This document shows, in pieces, positions 24,390 to 32,579 of a DNA stretch of 64,000 nt (its first letter is position 1; each line of letters opens with the position of its first letter). The position numbers were made by a program, and so were the translations under genes. Below the pieces are notes generated by a model that was not told the origin of the DNA, did not search any database, and worked only from the letters and a program-made list of their open reading frames with translations. Source of the DNA: an uncultured Gammaproteobacteria bacterium (GTDB lineage Bacteria > Pseudomonadota > Gammaproteobacteria > Steroidobacterales > Woeseiaceae); NCBI GenBank assembly GCA_963777675.1, contig CAVZRD010000011.1:5741-69740 (forward strand), read 5' to 3'.

Positions 24390-24523
24390 GCTTGAGGCCT
24401 CTGTGACATAAAAATCAGCCGCTTACGGCTTGGAACGTATATAACACGCAGCTTTTCGGGGTGCAAAGGACCGCGTCCCATTCCCCCGCGGGGACCGCAT
24501 ATAACCGTTTGATATGTATAGGA

Positions 24524-25147
24524 TCAGCGCTTCTTGGCGCCGGTCATCTCCTTGCGTTCGACGAGTACCGTGTCGACGAGCCCGTATTCGAGGGCGGCGT
24601 CGGCACTCAGGAACCGGTCCCGCTCCAGGTCCTGCTCGATCTTTTCGAGCGTCTGGCCGGTGTGTTTCGACATGATCTGGTTGAGCCGGCGCTTGAGTTC
24701 GAGCACCTCGGTGGCGTGGATGCTGATGTCCGTCGCCTGGCCCTGATAGCCGGCGCTCGGCTGGTGCACCATGATCCGGGAATGCGGCAGCGCGTAGCGC
24801 TTGCCCTTGGTCCCGCCGGCCAGCAGCAGCGCGCCCATGCTGGCCGCCTGCCCCATGCAGATCGTCGACACGTCGCAGTTCACGAACTGCATCGTGTCGT
24901 AGATCGACAGCCCGGAGGTGACGTTGCCGCCCGGCGAGTTGATGTACAGGTGGATGTCCTTGTCGGCGTTCTCCGACTCGAGGAACAGCAGCTGCGCCAC
25001 GATGAGGTTCGCCATGTGATCCTCGACCGGGCCGACGATGAACACGAGGCGATCCTTCAACAGCCTCGAGTAGATGTCGTATGCCCGTTCGCCGCGCGCC
25101 GTCTGCTCGACGACCATCGGTACGAGATTCAGTGCCTGTGCGCTCAT
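24524..25147 (-). CDS. clpP: ATP-dependent Clp protease proteolytic subunit ClpP
   Basis: Start at [16 protein letters not shown] (ATG 25147). Catalytic region [16 protein letters not shown]. Confidence 0.95.
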   Translation of the reverse strand: MSAQALNLVPMVVEQTARGERAYDIYSRLLKDRLVFIVGPVEDHMANLIVAQLLFLESENADKDIHLYINSPGGNVTSGLSIYDTMQFVNCDVSTICMGQAASMGALLLAGGTKGKRYALPHSRIMVHQPSAGYQGQATDISIHATEVLELKRRLNQIMSKHTGQTLEKIEQDLERDRFLSADAALEYGLVDTVLVERKEMTGAKKR

Positions 25148-25192
25148 TGACGTTCCTGCCCGTTTTCGATCCGGCCGATATTTTCTCACGAT

Positions 25193-26491
25193 TCACTCGG
25201 CCGAGGTATTCATATATTCGCCGAAACCGACGTCCTTCGTCGTGACCTTGCCGTTTTCCATCAGCCAGTCCAGCGCCTGTTGCTCGAGCACCATCGGCTT
25301 GATCTGCTCGACGATCTGCGGCGTGCTCATGTACACGTTGACCATCTCGTCGGAATTCTCGTAGCCCGCACACATCTCCTCGACGCGCGCCCGGATCTTC
25401 GACTCGTCCACGACGATGCCCTGGTCCGCGATGACCTTGCTCACCAGGATGCCGAGCCGCACCCGCTTCTCCGCCATCTCGGCGAAATTCTCGATCGGCG
25501 GCGCCTTGTCGTGATCCTCGATGCCGAGACGCCGCATCGCATCGTGCTGCATGGAGTGCATTTCCTGGTGCTTCAGTGTCTGCGGCACCTCGATCGGGTT
25601 CGCGTCGAGCAGCGCGTTCATCACCTGTTCGCGCAATTCCGCCTTCACCTTGGTCGCCGCCTCGCGCTCCATGTTCTCGCGGACGTCCGCCATGAACTGC
25701 TCCAGCCCGCCCTCGGTGACTTCGAACAGCTCCGCGAAACTGTCGTCGACCGGCGGCAGCACCTCCTCCTCGACGCGGTGCACCTTGACGGCGAAGTCGG
25801 CCTTCTTGCCGGCGAGTTCCTCGGCGTGATAGTCCTTCGGGAACTTGACCTTGAAGCTCTTCTCCTCGCCGGCGACGACACCGGTCAGGCCTTTCTCGAA
25901 ATCGGGCAGCATGGTCCCGCCGCCGAGCAGCACACGCACTTCGCTGCCCTTGCCGCCGGTGATCGGCTCGCCTTTCAGCGTGCCGTCGAAGTCGACGATG
26001 ACCCGATCGCCTTCGGCGCTGGCGCGCTCGACCGGCTCCCAGGACGCCTTCTGCCTGCGCAGCTTCTCGATCATGTCGTCCATGTCGGTGTCGCTGATCG
26101 TGACCTCGGGCTTCTCCACCTCCATCGAGTCGATGCCCTGCAGCTCGACCTCCGGCATGACTTCGAAGGTCGCGACGTACGCGAAGCTGTCCTTGCCCTT
26201 GCCGACCTCGGGCTCGATGCGCGGCCCGCCCGCCGGATTCAGGTTCTCCTGCAGGAGCGCGTCGGAGTAGCTCTTCTGCATGATCTCGTTGACCACTTCC
26301 TGGCGGATCTGCTTGCCGTAGCGCTGCCGCACGACCTTGGGCGGCACCTTGCCCGGCCGGAAGCCCTTGATTTTCGCCGTGCGGCCGACCGACTTCAGCC
26401 GTGCCGAGACCTCCTGCTCGATGCGCTCGGCGGGCAGCTCGACGCGCATGCGTCGCTGGAGCGTGCCCGTCGACTCGACAGTAACCTGCAT
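25193..26491 (-). CDS. tig: Trigger factor
   Basis: Start at MQVTVESTGTLQRRMRVELP (ATG 26491). GFRPGKVP motif. Conserved tig-clpP-clpX-lon order. Confidence 0.95.
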   Translation of the reverse strand: MQVTVESTGTLQRRMRVELPAERIEQEVSARLKSVGRTAKIKGFRPGKVPPKVVRQRYGKQIRQEVVNEIMQKSYSDALLQENLNPAGGPRIEPEVGKGKDSFAYVATFEVMPEVELQGIDSMEVEKPEVTISDTDMDDMIEKLRRQKASWEPVERASAEGDRVIVDFDGTLKGEPITGGKGSEVRVLLGGGTMLPDFEKGLTGVVAGEEKSFKVKFPKDYHAEELAGKKADFAVKVHRVEEEVLPPVDDSFAELFEVTEGGLEQFMADVRENMEREAATKVKAELREQVMNALLDANPIEVPQTLKHQEMHSMQHDAMRRLGIEDHDKAPPIENFAEMAEKRVRLGILVSKVIADQGIVVDESKIRARVEEMCAGYENSDEMVNVYMSTPQIVEQIKPMVLEQQALDWLMENGKVTTKDVGFGEYMNTSAE

Positions 26492-26585
26492 CCCGTTCCT
26501 ACCTCTGTTGCTCGCGGGGCGGCCCGAAGGCCGCCCGCGACTTGTCATTTATTTTTTTGAAAACAAATACTTAAATTCAATCCAG

Positions 26586-26672
26586 TGGTGCGAAAGGAGA
26601 GACTCGAACTCTCACGGGTTTCACCCCACTGGCACCTAAAGCCAGCGCGTCTACCAGTTCCGCCACTTTCGC
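26586..26672 (-). tRNA. tRNA-Leu (UAG)
   Basis: Minus strand GCGAAAGTGGCGGAACTGGTAGACGCGCTGGCTTTAGGTGCCAGTGGGGTGAAACCCGTGAGAGTTCGAGTCTCTCCTTTCGCACCA. Long variable arm. Confidence 0.93.
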
Positions 26673-26778
26673 ATGCCAGCCGGCGATTATAACGGATCCA
26701 ATCCGCTGTAGGAGCGCTGCGGGCAAATCGCATGGTCGACCGCCGGGGCGGCCGCCTACGCCGGGCGGATGCCGCATA

Positions 26779-28405
26779 ATGCGGGCAAATCCGGTCAGTC
26801 TGTCTGTGATGCCGCCCAAGCCCAAATCCGCAAGCGCCCTGCGACGCGAGCACCGCGAGATGTGCTTCGAGCACGCTTTTCCGCGCTCGCCAGAGGCATT
26901 CCGGCACGCGCGCGGACAACTCGACGATTTTGCACAACGACTGCGCGGCCTGCCGACGGCGCTGCGTCGCAGCCTGGACGACACCGGCATGGCCGGCACG
27001 TCGATCCGCTACCCGTTCTCCTACGACGTCGCGCGCTGGCTCGCGCGCCGTGTGCCGGGCCGGGTCAGCATCGACTGGCGCTGGGTCGGTGACACGACGC
27101 GAATCGACGACCTGCTGCGGCTGATCCTGCAGCCCGGCGAGGAAGACTACTTCGATTCCGGCTACGTCACGACGCGCCAGTGGCTGGACCGGGCTCGCGC
27201 CGGCAGTGATCGCAGCGATTTCGACTGGCTGATGGCTCAGCTCGAGATTCCGTCGTTCCGCGCGGTGTGGGCACAGCTCTACGATGCGGCGGAGATACCG
27301 CTCATCTGGCGGCTCGGCGATTGCCCGTACTCGAAGTCCCGCAATCGGGCACCGGTCTCGAGGGCAAAGACGCGCGAGCGCGGGATGCGGCCACGGCCGC
27401 GCCGCGTGCACCGGGAAATCCAGCGCCCCTTCGACACCATCCGCAAGCTCGGGGCAACCGACGGGTCGCGGCTCGTCGATGTCGCAATGGCATCGCTCGC
27501 CGTACGTCACCGCGAGACCTACCACTTCAATTTCGCCAACCCGCGAGAGGTCTATCTCGCCGACGCAGGTGTTGGGGTCTCCATCGCCGTGTTCGGCCTG
27601 CTGCCCGAGCACCGATTCCCGCTCGAGTGCACGATGGGTTACCTGATCCTGTCCAACGGAGTGCCGATCGGCTACGGCGGCTCCAGCGTCCTGTTCAGGC
27701 AGGTGAATACCGGCGTCAACATATTCGACGAATATCGCGGCAGCGAAGCGTCGTTCCTCTGGGTGCAGGTGATGCGGGTCTACCATGCCCTCACCGGCTG
27801 CACGCGGTTCATCGCCAATCCGTACCAGTTCGGGAGCGAGAACCGCGAGGCGCTGAACAGCGGTGCATTCTGGTTCTACTACCGGCTCGGCTACCGGCCG
27901 GTCCTGGCCGAAATCCGTACACTGGCACGTCGCGAAGCCGCGAGGCGTTCCCGCGACTCGTCTTATCGCAGCGATATCACGACGCTGCGCCGGCTCGCCG
28001 GCTGCGACATGCACCTGGTCCTCGCCGGCGCCCGACAGGCCGAACTGTTCGACGAAGCGTGGCTCGACACGATGTCGATGCTCGCGAGTCGTGAATTGAG
28101 CGCGGTCGGCGGGTCCACGCAGGCGCAAGCCGCCGAACGACTCGCTGCCGGACTTGCGCGGAACACTGCGCATCACGGGGCTCGCGCGCTGGACGCGCGC
28201 CGAGCAACGCGCGTTGCGGCGGATTGCGCCCTTCGTCGTCGCGGCCCGGCCGGAACGCTGGAGCGACGACGCCAGGCGCTCGATGCGGGCGCTGCTGCGC
28301 GCCAAAGGCGGCAGCGAAGAGGCCCGGTTTGCCCGTGGACTCGGGGACCACGGCGTATTCCTGGCCGCGCTGCGCGAAGCGTGCCGGCGCGCGGACCGGG
28401 AATAG
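26779..28405 (+). pseudogene. Large hypothetical protein (~540 aa) of unrecognised family; one frame break near 28150
   Basis: ORF 26779..28437 is protein-like up to ..AERLAAGLAR. ORF 28154..28405 continues plausibly (TLRITGLARWTRAEQRALRRIAPFVVAARPERW...). Start codon uncertain (M1, M11 or M28). The GAFWFYYRLGYRP stretch resembles the GNAT C-terminal motif. Confidence 0.5.
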
Positions 28406-28431
28406 CCGCCTCCGCGGGCCTCGAACGGATC

Positions 28432-28501
28432 CTGTAGGAGCGGCTTTAGCCGCGATCCGCCAAAGGCCCGCGCATGATCGCGGCTAAAGCCGCTCCTACG
28501 G
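28432..28501. repeat. REP family A, loop variant A2 (GCGGCTTTAGCCGC), inverted doublet
   Basis: CTGTAGGAGCGGCTTTAGCCGCGAT (28432..28456) and ATCGCGGCTAAAGCCGCTCCTACGG (28477..28501). Confidence 0.9.
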
Positions 28502-28579
28502 ATTCGAATCAACGCGACGGCAGGATTCCCGCGACCCCTGTCACAGAGCCGCACTCCCCCGGTTGCTATTCTGCCCGCC

Positions 28580-30364
28580 ATGAAGGGTCGACTCTTCCTG
28601 TTCCTGTTCGCATTGCCGTTCCTCGGCGTCGGCGTGTGGATGGCATGGTCCATCGGCAGCACGCTCTACGATGCGACGCAGATGCAAGACTGGGTGCCGG
28701 TCCGGGCGCAGCTGATGGAGGCCGGCTACCACACGAATACCGGCGAGGACTCCGACACCTACGAGGCCTACGCCCGTTACGGCTACACATACCAGGGCCG
28801 GACCTGGACGGGTAACCGGGTGGCGCTCGGCGGCGGCGCCGACAACATCGGCGACTATCAGCAGGACATGGGCCGACGGCTCGCCAATGCGCAATCCCGT
28901 GGCGAGCCGATCACGATCTATGTCGATCCGCAGAATCCCGGCCGTTCGATCATCGACCGCGACATCCGCTGGGGCATGATCGGCTTCCGGGCCATTTTCG
29001 TCATCGTGTTCGGCGGCGCGGGACTCGGCCTGATCATCTGGGCCGTCCGCGCGCCGAAACCGAAAGACAAGTCCGACCCGAAGTACGCGGATGCTCCCTG
29101 GCTCGCCGACAATGCCTGGCAGACCGCGACGATCCGTTCGAGTTCGAAGACGTCGATGTACGGCGCGTGGGCCTTTGCCGTGTTCTGGAACGCGATCTCG
29201 GCGCCGATGCCGTTCCTCGCCTACGACGAGATCGTCAACCATCACAAATACGTCGTGCTCATCGGCCTCCTGTTTCCCCTCGTCGGTCTGTTCCTTTTGA
29301 TCTGGGCGATTCGGCGCACGCTGGAATGGCGCCGCTTCGGCCCGGCGCCCGTCACGCTGGATCCGTTCCCGGGCTCGATCGGAGGCCACGTCGGCGGCAC
29401 GATCGACTTGCGCTTGCCGTTCGATCCGTCCGCGAAATTCAGGGTCACCCTCACGAACCTGCACAGCTACGTCAGCGGCAGCGGCAAGAATCGCAGTCGC
29501 AGAGAGAAAGCTCTGTGGCAGGACGCGATGGCGGCGCACGCCGAGTCCTGCGCCCTCGGCACACGCCTTTCGTTCCGCTTCGACGTGCCGGAAGGCCTCA
29601 GCGAGTCGGACACCGAACACGATGACAGCTACAAGCTGTGGCGCCTCGGCCTGGAAGCCGATCTACCCGGCGCCGACCTCGATCGAAGCTACGACATCCC
29701 GGTGTACGCGACGGCGCAGACCTCGCGTCTCCTGTCCGAGCGGGCCGTTGCGGAGTCCCGCGAGGAGCAGCACACGCTCGATATGGAAGCGGTGCGCGAA
29801 ATCGTCCATCTCGGCTACGGGTTGACGGGACGCCGCATGTTTTTCCCGGCGGGCCGATTCCTTGCCGGGTCCATCGGCGTCCTGCTCGTTGGCGCGATTT
29901 TCGCGGGCGCCGGCGGCTTCCTGATCCTGCACGAGGGCCACGCGATCTTCGGCAGCGTGTTCGGCAGTGTCGGCGTGCTGGTCGGCATCATCGGCCTGTA
30001 CATGATGGGCAATTCGCTGGAAGTCGAGCAGACCGGCGACGGCATTCGTACCGTGCGGCGTTTCCTCGGCTTGCCGGTCCGCCGCCGGCAGATGCGCCTC
30101 GACAACATCAAGTCGCTCGAGAAGAAGTCGAACATGCAGGCACAGTCGGGCGGCAAGTACGTCATGTTCTATAGCGTGTTTGCCGTCGATTACGCCGGCA
30201 ACAAGCTGACCCTCGGCGAGGGCTTCCGGGGCGAGCACGAGGCGAAGGCGGCGATGGAGCTGATCCGCCGCGAGTTCGGCATCCGCCAGCCGGAGCCGGA
30301 ACGACGGGGTACGAATCCGCTCGGCGACGACTACGGGCTGGATAGCCTCGCAGCGAATAACTGA
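28580..30364 (+). CDS. Multi-pass membrane protein with N-terminal DUF3592-like module
   Basis: Intact 594 aa. A TM helix, then a beta-rich segment (..YEAYARYGYTYQGRTWTGNRVALG..EPITIYVDPQNPGRSII), then a TM helix, as in DUF3592. At least 4 further TM helices and two soluble segments. Confidence 0.6.
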   Translation: MKGRLFLFLFALPFLGVGVWMAWSIGSTLYDATQMQDWVPVRAQLMEAGYHTNTGEDSDTYEAYARYGYTYQGRTWTGNRVALGGGADNIGDYQQDMGRRLANAQSRGEPITIYVDPQNPGRSIIDRDIRWGMIGFRAIFVIVFGGAGLGLIIWAVRAPKPKDKSDPKYADAPWLADNAWQTATIRSSSKTSMYGAWAFAVFWNAISAPMPFLAYDEIVNHHKYVVLIGLLFPLVGLFLLIWAIRRTLEWRRFGPAPVTLDPFPGSIGGHVGGTIDLRLPFDPSAKFRVTLTNLHSYVSGSGKNRSRREKALWQDAMAAHAESCALGTRLSFRFDVPEGLSESDTEHDDSYKLWRLGLEADLPGADLDRSYDIPVYATAQTSRLLSERAVAESREEQHTLDMEAVREIVHLGYGLTGRRMFFPAGRFLAGSIGVLLVGAIFAGAGGFLILHEGHAIFGSVFGSVGVLVGIIGLYMMGNSLEVEQTGDGIRTVRRFLGLPVRRRQMRLDNIKSLEKKSNMQAQSGGKYVMFYSVFAVDYAGNKLTLGEGFRGEHEAKAAMELIRREFGIRQPEPERRGTNPLGDDYGLDSLAANN

Positions 30365-30368
30365 ATTT

Positions 30369-30445
30369 TGGTGGGCCCCCGGGGAATCGAACCCCGAACC
30401 TGCGGATTAAGAGTCCGTTGCTCTGCCTGATTGAGCTAGAGGCCC
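30369..30445 (-). tRNA. tRNA-Lys (CUU)
   Basis: Minus strand GGGCCTCTAGCTCAATCAGGCAGAGCAACGGACTCTTAATCCGCAGGTTCGGGGTTCGATTCCCCGGGGGCCCACCA. Acceptor stem pairs when started at GGGCCTC. Confidence 0.9.
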
Positions 30446-30524
30446 CGCGCCTGAAACAATCGGCGAACCGCCGTGTCCAACCTTCGTCGGACGCGGGATG
30501 TTATCAAAAAACGGGGGAAACGGC

Positions 30525-31031
30525 ATGAAATCTCTGGCGGTGCTGGCAGCACTTCTCGGCTTCGGTGTGGCGCTTGCGGATTCGGGCGATCAGGTCCGCT
30601 GTCGCGAGATCGGATTTTCTCGTTCGGCGGAGCACCGCGACGCCGAGGCCTTCGCGACTTTCATCGACGACGATGCCCGCTTCGTGGGCGGCGGGGTGCG
30701 GCGCGGACCCGCCGCGGTCGTCGAGTCCTGGGCGCCGTTCTTCGCCGAGGACGGCCCCGAGATCGCGTGGCGTCCGCAGTTCGTCGAGGTGCTCGAGGAC
30801 GGCACGCTCGCCCTGACGCGCGGGCCGTATCGCATGACCACCATCGGCGACGACGGCAATCGGACCGAACAGTGGGGAACGTTCAATTCGGTCTGGCGCA
30901 AGCAGGCCGACGGCAGCTGGAAGATCGTGTTCGACGCGGGCAGCGCGCCCGACGAGACGCCCCCGGACGAGGTCAAGGCGTTGCTCGACAAGCCGGACGA
31001 GTGTTCGTCGTCGGATCAAAAGAATTCGTAG
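30525..31031 (+). CDS. SnoaL-like / NTF2-fold (DUF4440-like) secreted protein
   Basis: Start at MKSLAVLAALLGFGVALA (signal peptide). DAEAFATFIDDDARFVG...WGTFNSVWRKQADGSWKIVFD is typical of the fold. The TAG stop (31029..31031) lies in a REP. Confidence 0.65.
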   Translation: MKSLAVLAALLGFGVALADSGDQVRCREIGFSRSAEHRDAEAFATFIDDDARFVGGGVRRGPAAVVESWAPFFAEDGPEIAWRPQFVEVLEDGTLALTRGPYRMTTIGDDGNRTEQWGTFNSVWRKQADGSWKIVFDAGSAPDETPPDEVKALLDKPDECSSSDQKNS

Positions 31032-31101
31032 GAGCGGCTTCAGCCGCGATGATTACACGCGACGGAAGATGTGAAAATCGCGGCTAAAGCCGCTCCTACG
31101 G
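31026..31101. repeat. REP family A doublet (forward A copy 31026..31050, reverse A2 copy 31077..31101)
   Basis: Read directly. Confidence 0.9.
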
Positions 31102-31130
31102 ATGCGATTTCGGCTTGAAGGAGAGAAACC

Positions 31131-31216
31131 GACCGGGATCACAACCCGGGGCTCTACCCTGCCGCTGCGCGGCCCCGCTACGTCCTATTGTTTGATGGGT
31201 GGACGTAGCTCAGTTG
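31131..31216. other. tRNA-His gene remnants: 28-nt direct partial copy plus 19-nt inverted copy of the tRNA-His 5' end
   Basis: 31131..31158 is identical to 31252..31279 (D-arm/anticodon arm). GCTACGTCC is repeated at 31177..31185. 31198..31216 (GGTGGACGTAGCTCAGTTG) is the exact reverse complement of 31279..31297. Confidence 0.8.
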
Positions 31217-31220
31217 AGGA

Positions 31221-31297
31221 TGGGGTGGACGATGGGACTCGAACCCACGACGACCGGGATCACAACCCGGGGCTCTACCAACTGAGCTACGTCCACC
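31221..31297 (-). tRNA. tRNA-His (GUG), with G-1
   Basis: Minus strand GGTGGACGTAGCTCAGTTGGTAGAGCCCCGGGTTGTGATCCCGGTCGTCGTGGGTTCGAGTCCCATCGTCCACCCCA. Confidence 0.95.
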
Positions 31298-31335
31298 ATT
31301 GGTGAATGCGGCGCGATTTTACACGCTTTTTGGAC

Positions 31336-31634
31336 TGGTGCGCCCGGCAGGACTTGAACCTGCAACCCTCGGCTTAGCTTACCACTACCGCTTTCGCGAC
31401 CCCGCAGCGGCGGGTTTGTGGTCTGGACTATCTCTTCACCATCTCAGGTGCCGCACGTATAGTCTCTACGGATCCCGGCGATCGAACTTGCCGATCGCAG
31501 GTTTCCACGGGGTTGCCATCAGCATTACCTGTTAAGGGTTCCCCGTTACAGTGCGGTCCACTGCCCCGGTTCGGTTTCCCGGCGCAGGCTCCTCACTCAA
31601 AGGCCGATGCTCTATCCAGTTGAGCTACGGGCGC
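31336..31634 (-). tRNA. tRNA-Arg (UCU), interrupted by a group I intron (exons 31634..31600 and 31377..31336)
   Basis: 5' exon GCGCCCGTAGCTCAACTGGATAGAGCATCGGCCTT. 3' exon CTAAGCCGAGGGTTGCAGGTTCAAGTCCTGCCGGGCGCACCA. Joined, they give a canonical 77-nt cloverleaf with anticodon loop CU-UCU-AA. Confidence 0.85.
31378..31599 (-). ncRNA. Group I intron (IC3-like, ORF-less, 222 nt) in the tRNA-Arg anticodon loop
   Basis: The 5' exon ends in U and pairs CCUU with intron GAGG (terminal U.G). The intron ends in G. Blocks GCGCCGGGAAACC, GAUGGCAACCCCG and CCGUAGAGACUAUACGUGCGGCACC resemble the Azoarcus tRNA-Ile intron core. Confidence 0.8.
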
Positions 31635-31676
31635 TCTCTCGCTGCAATACGCAAATCTCCTCAAAACCGTCATATT

Positions 31677-31753
31677 TGGTCGGGGCAGACGGATTCGAAC
31701 CGCCGACCCTCTGCTCCCAAAGCAGATGCGCTACCAGACTGCGCCATGCCCCG
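31677..31753 (-). tRNA. tRNA-Pro (UGG)
   Basis: Minus strand CGGGGCATGGCGCAGTCTGGTAGCGCATCTGCTTTGGGAGCAGAGGGTCGGCGGTTCGAATCCGTCTGCCCCGACCA. Confidence 0.95.
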
Positions 31754-31795
31754 ACGGCGCGTATTGTGCCATGAAGTTGGGCTGGATCGCGGCTA

Positions 31796-31935
31796 AAGCC
31801 GCTCCTACGGACGCTGGTCGGGCGCTGGGACGCGTTCGATCGCGGCTAAAGCCGCTCCTGCGGGTGCTGGTCGGGGTGGGAATGGTCGGGACGTGGGTTC
31901 GATCGCGGCTAAAGCCGCTCCTACAGCCGGCCCCT
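31796..31935. repeat. REP variant A2, three direct copies (31796, 31849, 31912)
   Basis: ATCGCGGCTAAAGCCGCTCCT(A/G)C.. three times in the same orientation, spaced 53 and 63 bp. Confidence 0.9.
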
Positions 31936-31985
31936 ACAATTTGGTATCGTCGCGGACTTGAGAATTCCTCCGGAGTGAGGCGGCC

Positions 31986-32573
31986 ATGAGAAAGGTCCTG
32001 ATCGCGCTGCTGATGGCCCTGAGCTGGGGTTTCGCCACCGCGGCCGACGAGGTGCCGGCCCACCCCTACGTCGAGATGATCACCACCGAGGGCAGGATCC
32101 TGCTCGAGCTCGACGGCCGGGAGGCACCGCTGACCGTGGCGCATTTCCTCGAGCTGGTCGACAGCGGCTTCTACGACGGCACGATCTTCCACCGCGTGAT
32201 CCCCGGCTTCATGGCGCAGGGCGGCGGCTACACGCCCGACTTCAAGCTCAAGGAGACGGATGCCACGATACCGAATGAATCGGGCAACGGCCTGAGCAAC
32301 CTGCGCGGCACCATCGCGATGGCACGCACCGACGACCCGCATTCGGCGAATGCGCAGTTCTTTATCAACGTGGTCGACAACGGACGACTCGATCCGCAGA
32401 AGAAGGGTCGGGACGGGCGCTGGGGATACACGGTGTTCGGGCAGGTCATCGAGGGCATGGACGTCGTAGACAAGATCGTCTCCGGGAAGACCGGCGCGCA
32501 GGGTCCGTTCCAGTCCGACGTGCCGCTCGTGCCCGTCGTCATCAAGAAGATGTCACGCTACACGTTCAAGTAA
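31986..32573 (+). CDS. ppiA: Peptidyl-prolyl cis-trans isomerase, cyclophilin type, periplasmic
   Basis: Intact 195 aa. Signal peptide MRKVLIALLMALSWGFATA. FHRVIPGFMAQGGG, GTIAMARTDDPHSANAQFFIN. Confidence 0.9.
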   Translation: MRKVLIALLMALSWGFATAADEVPAHPYVEMITTEGRILLELDGREAPLTVAHFLELVDSGFYDGTIFHRVIPGFMAQGGGYTPDFKLKETDATIPNESGNGLSNLRGTIAMARTDDPHSANAQFFINVVDNGRLDPQKKGRDGRWGYTVFGQVIEGMDVVDKIVSGKTGAQGPFQSDVPLVPVVIKKMSRYTFK

Positions 32574-32579
32574 GCGGCG

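Noticed and set aside
24390-24523. GC-rich palindrome (TCCCCGCGGGGA within GGACCGCG..CGCGGGGACCGC) in the clpP-clpX spacer, considered as a terminator or attenuator.
   Set aside because: There is no adjoining U-tract, and clpP-clpX are normally co-transcribed. The evidence is insufficient to call a feature.
26545-28662. Very long antisense ORFs, e.g. 26545..28662 (-) 705 aa, 13276..14865 (-) 529 aa, 20856..22286 (+) 476 aa, 23004..24395 (+) 463 aa, 52656..54089 (-) 477 aa, 54840..56171 (-) 443 aa, 40300..42198 (+) 632 aa.
   Set aside because: They are shadow ORFs typical of high-GC DNA. Their composition is Arg/Ala/Gly/Pro-rich and low-complexity, and they have no recognisable motifs. Each lies opposite a well-supported conserved gene.
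26586-30445. tRNA-Leu ... tRNA-Lys bounded block considered as an integrated genomic island.
   Set aside because: There is no integrase, no duplicated tRNA 3' end (att repeat) and no mobility genes. GC is not visibly different. It is kept only as an unknown-function gene pair in the findings.
31299-31796. Plus-strand ORFs 31299..31535 (78 aa) and 31551..31796 (81 aa), considered as a possible intron-encoded homing endonuclease.
   Set aside because: They lie on the strand opposite the tRNA/intron, span exon-intron borders and neighbouring tRNA genes, and show no LAGLIDADG, GIY-YIG or HNH motifs.
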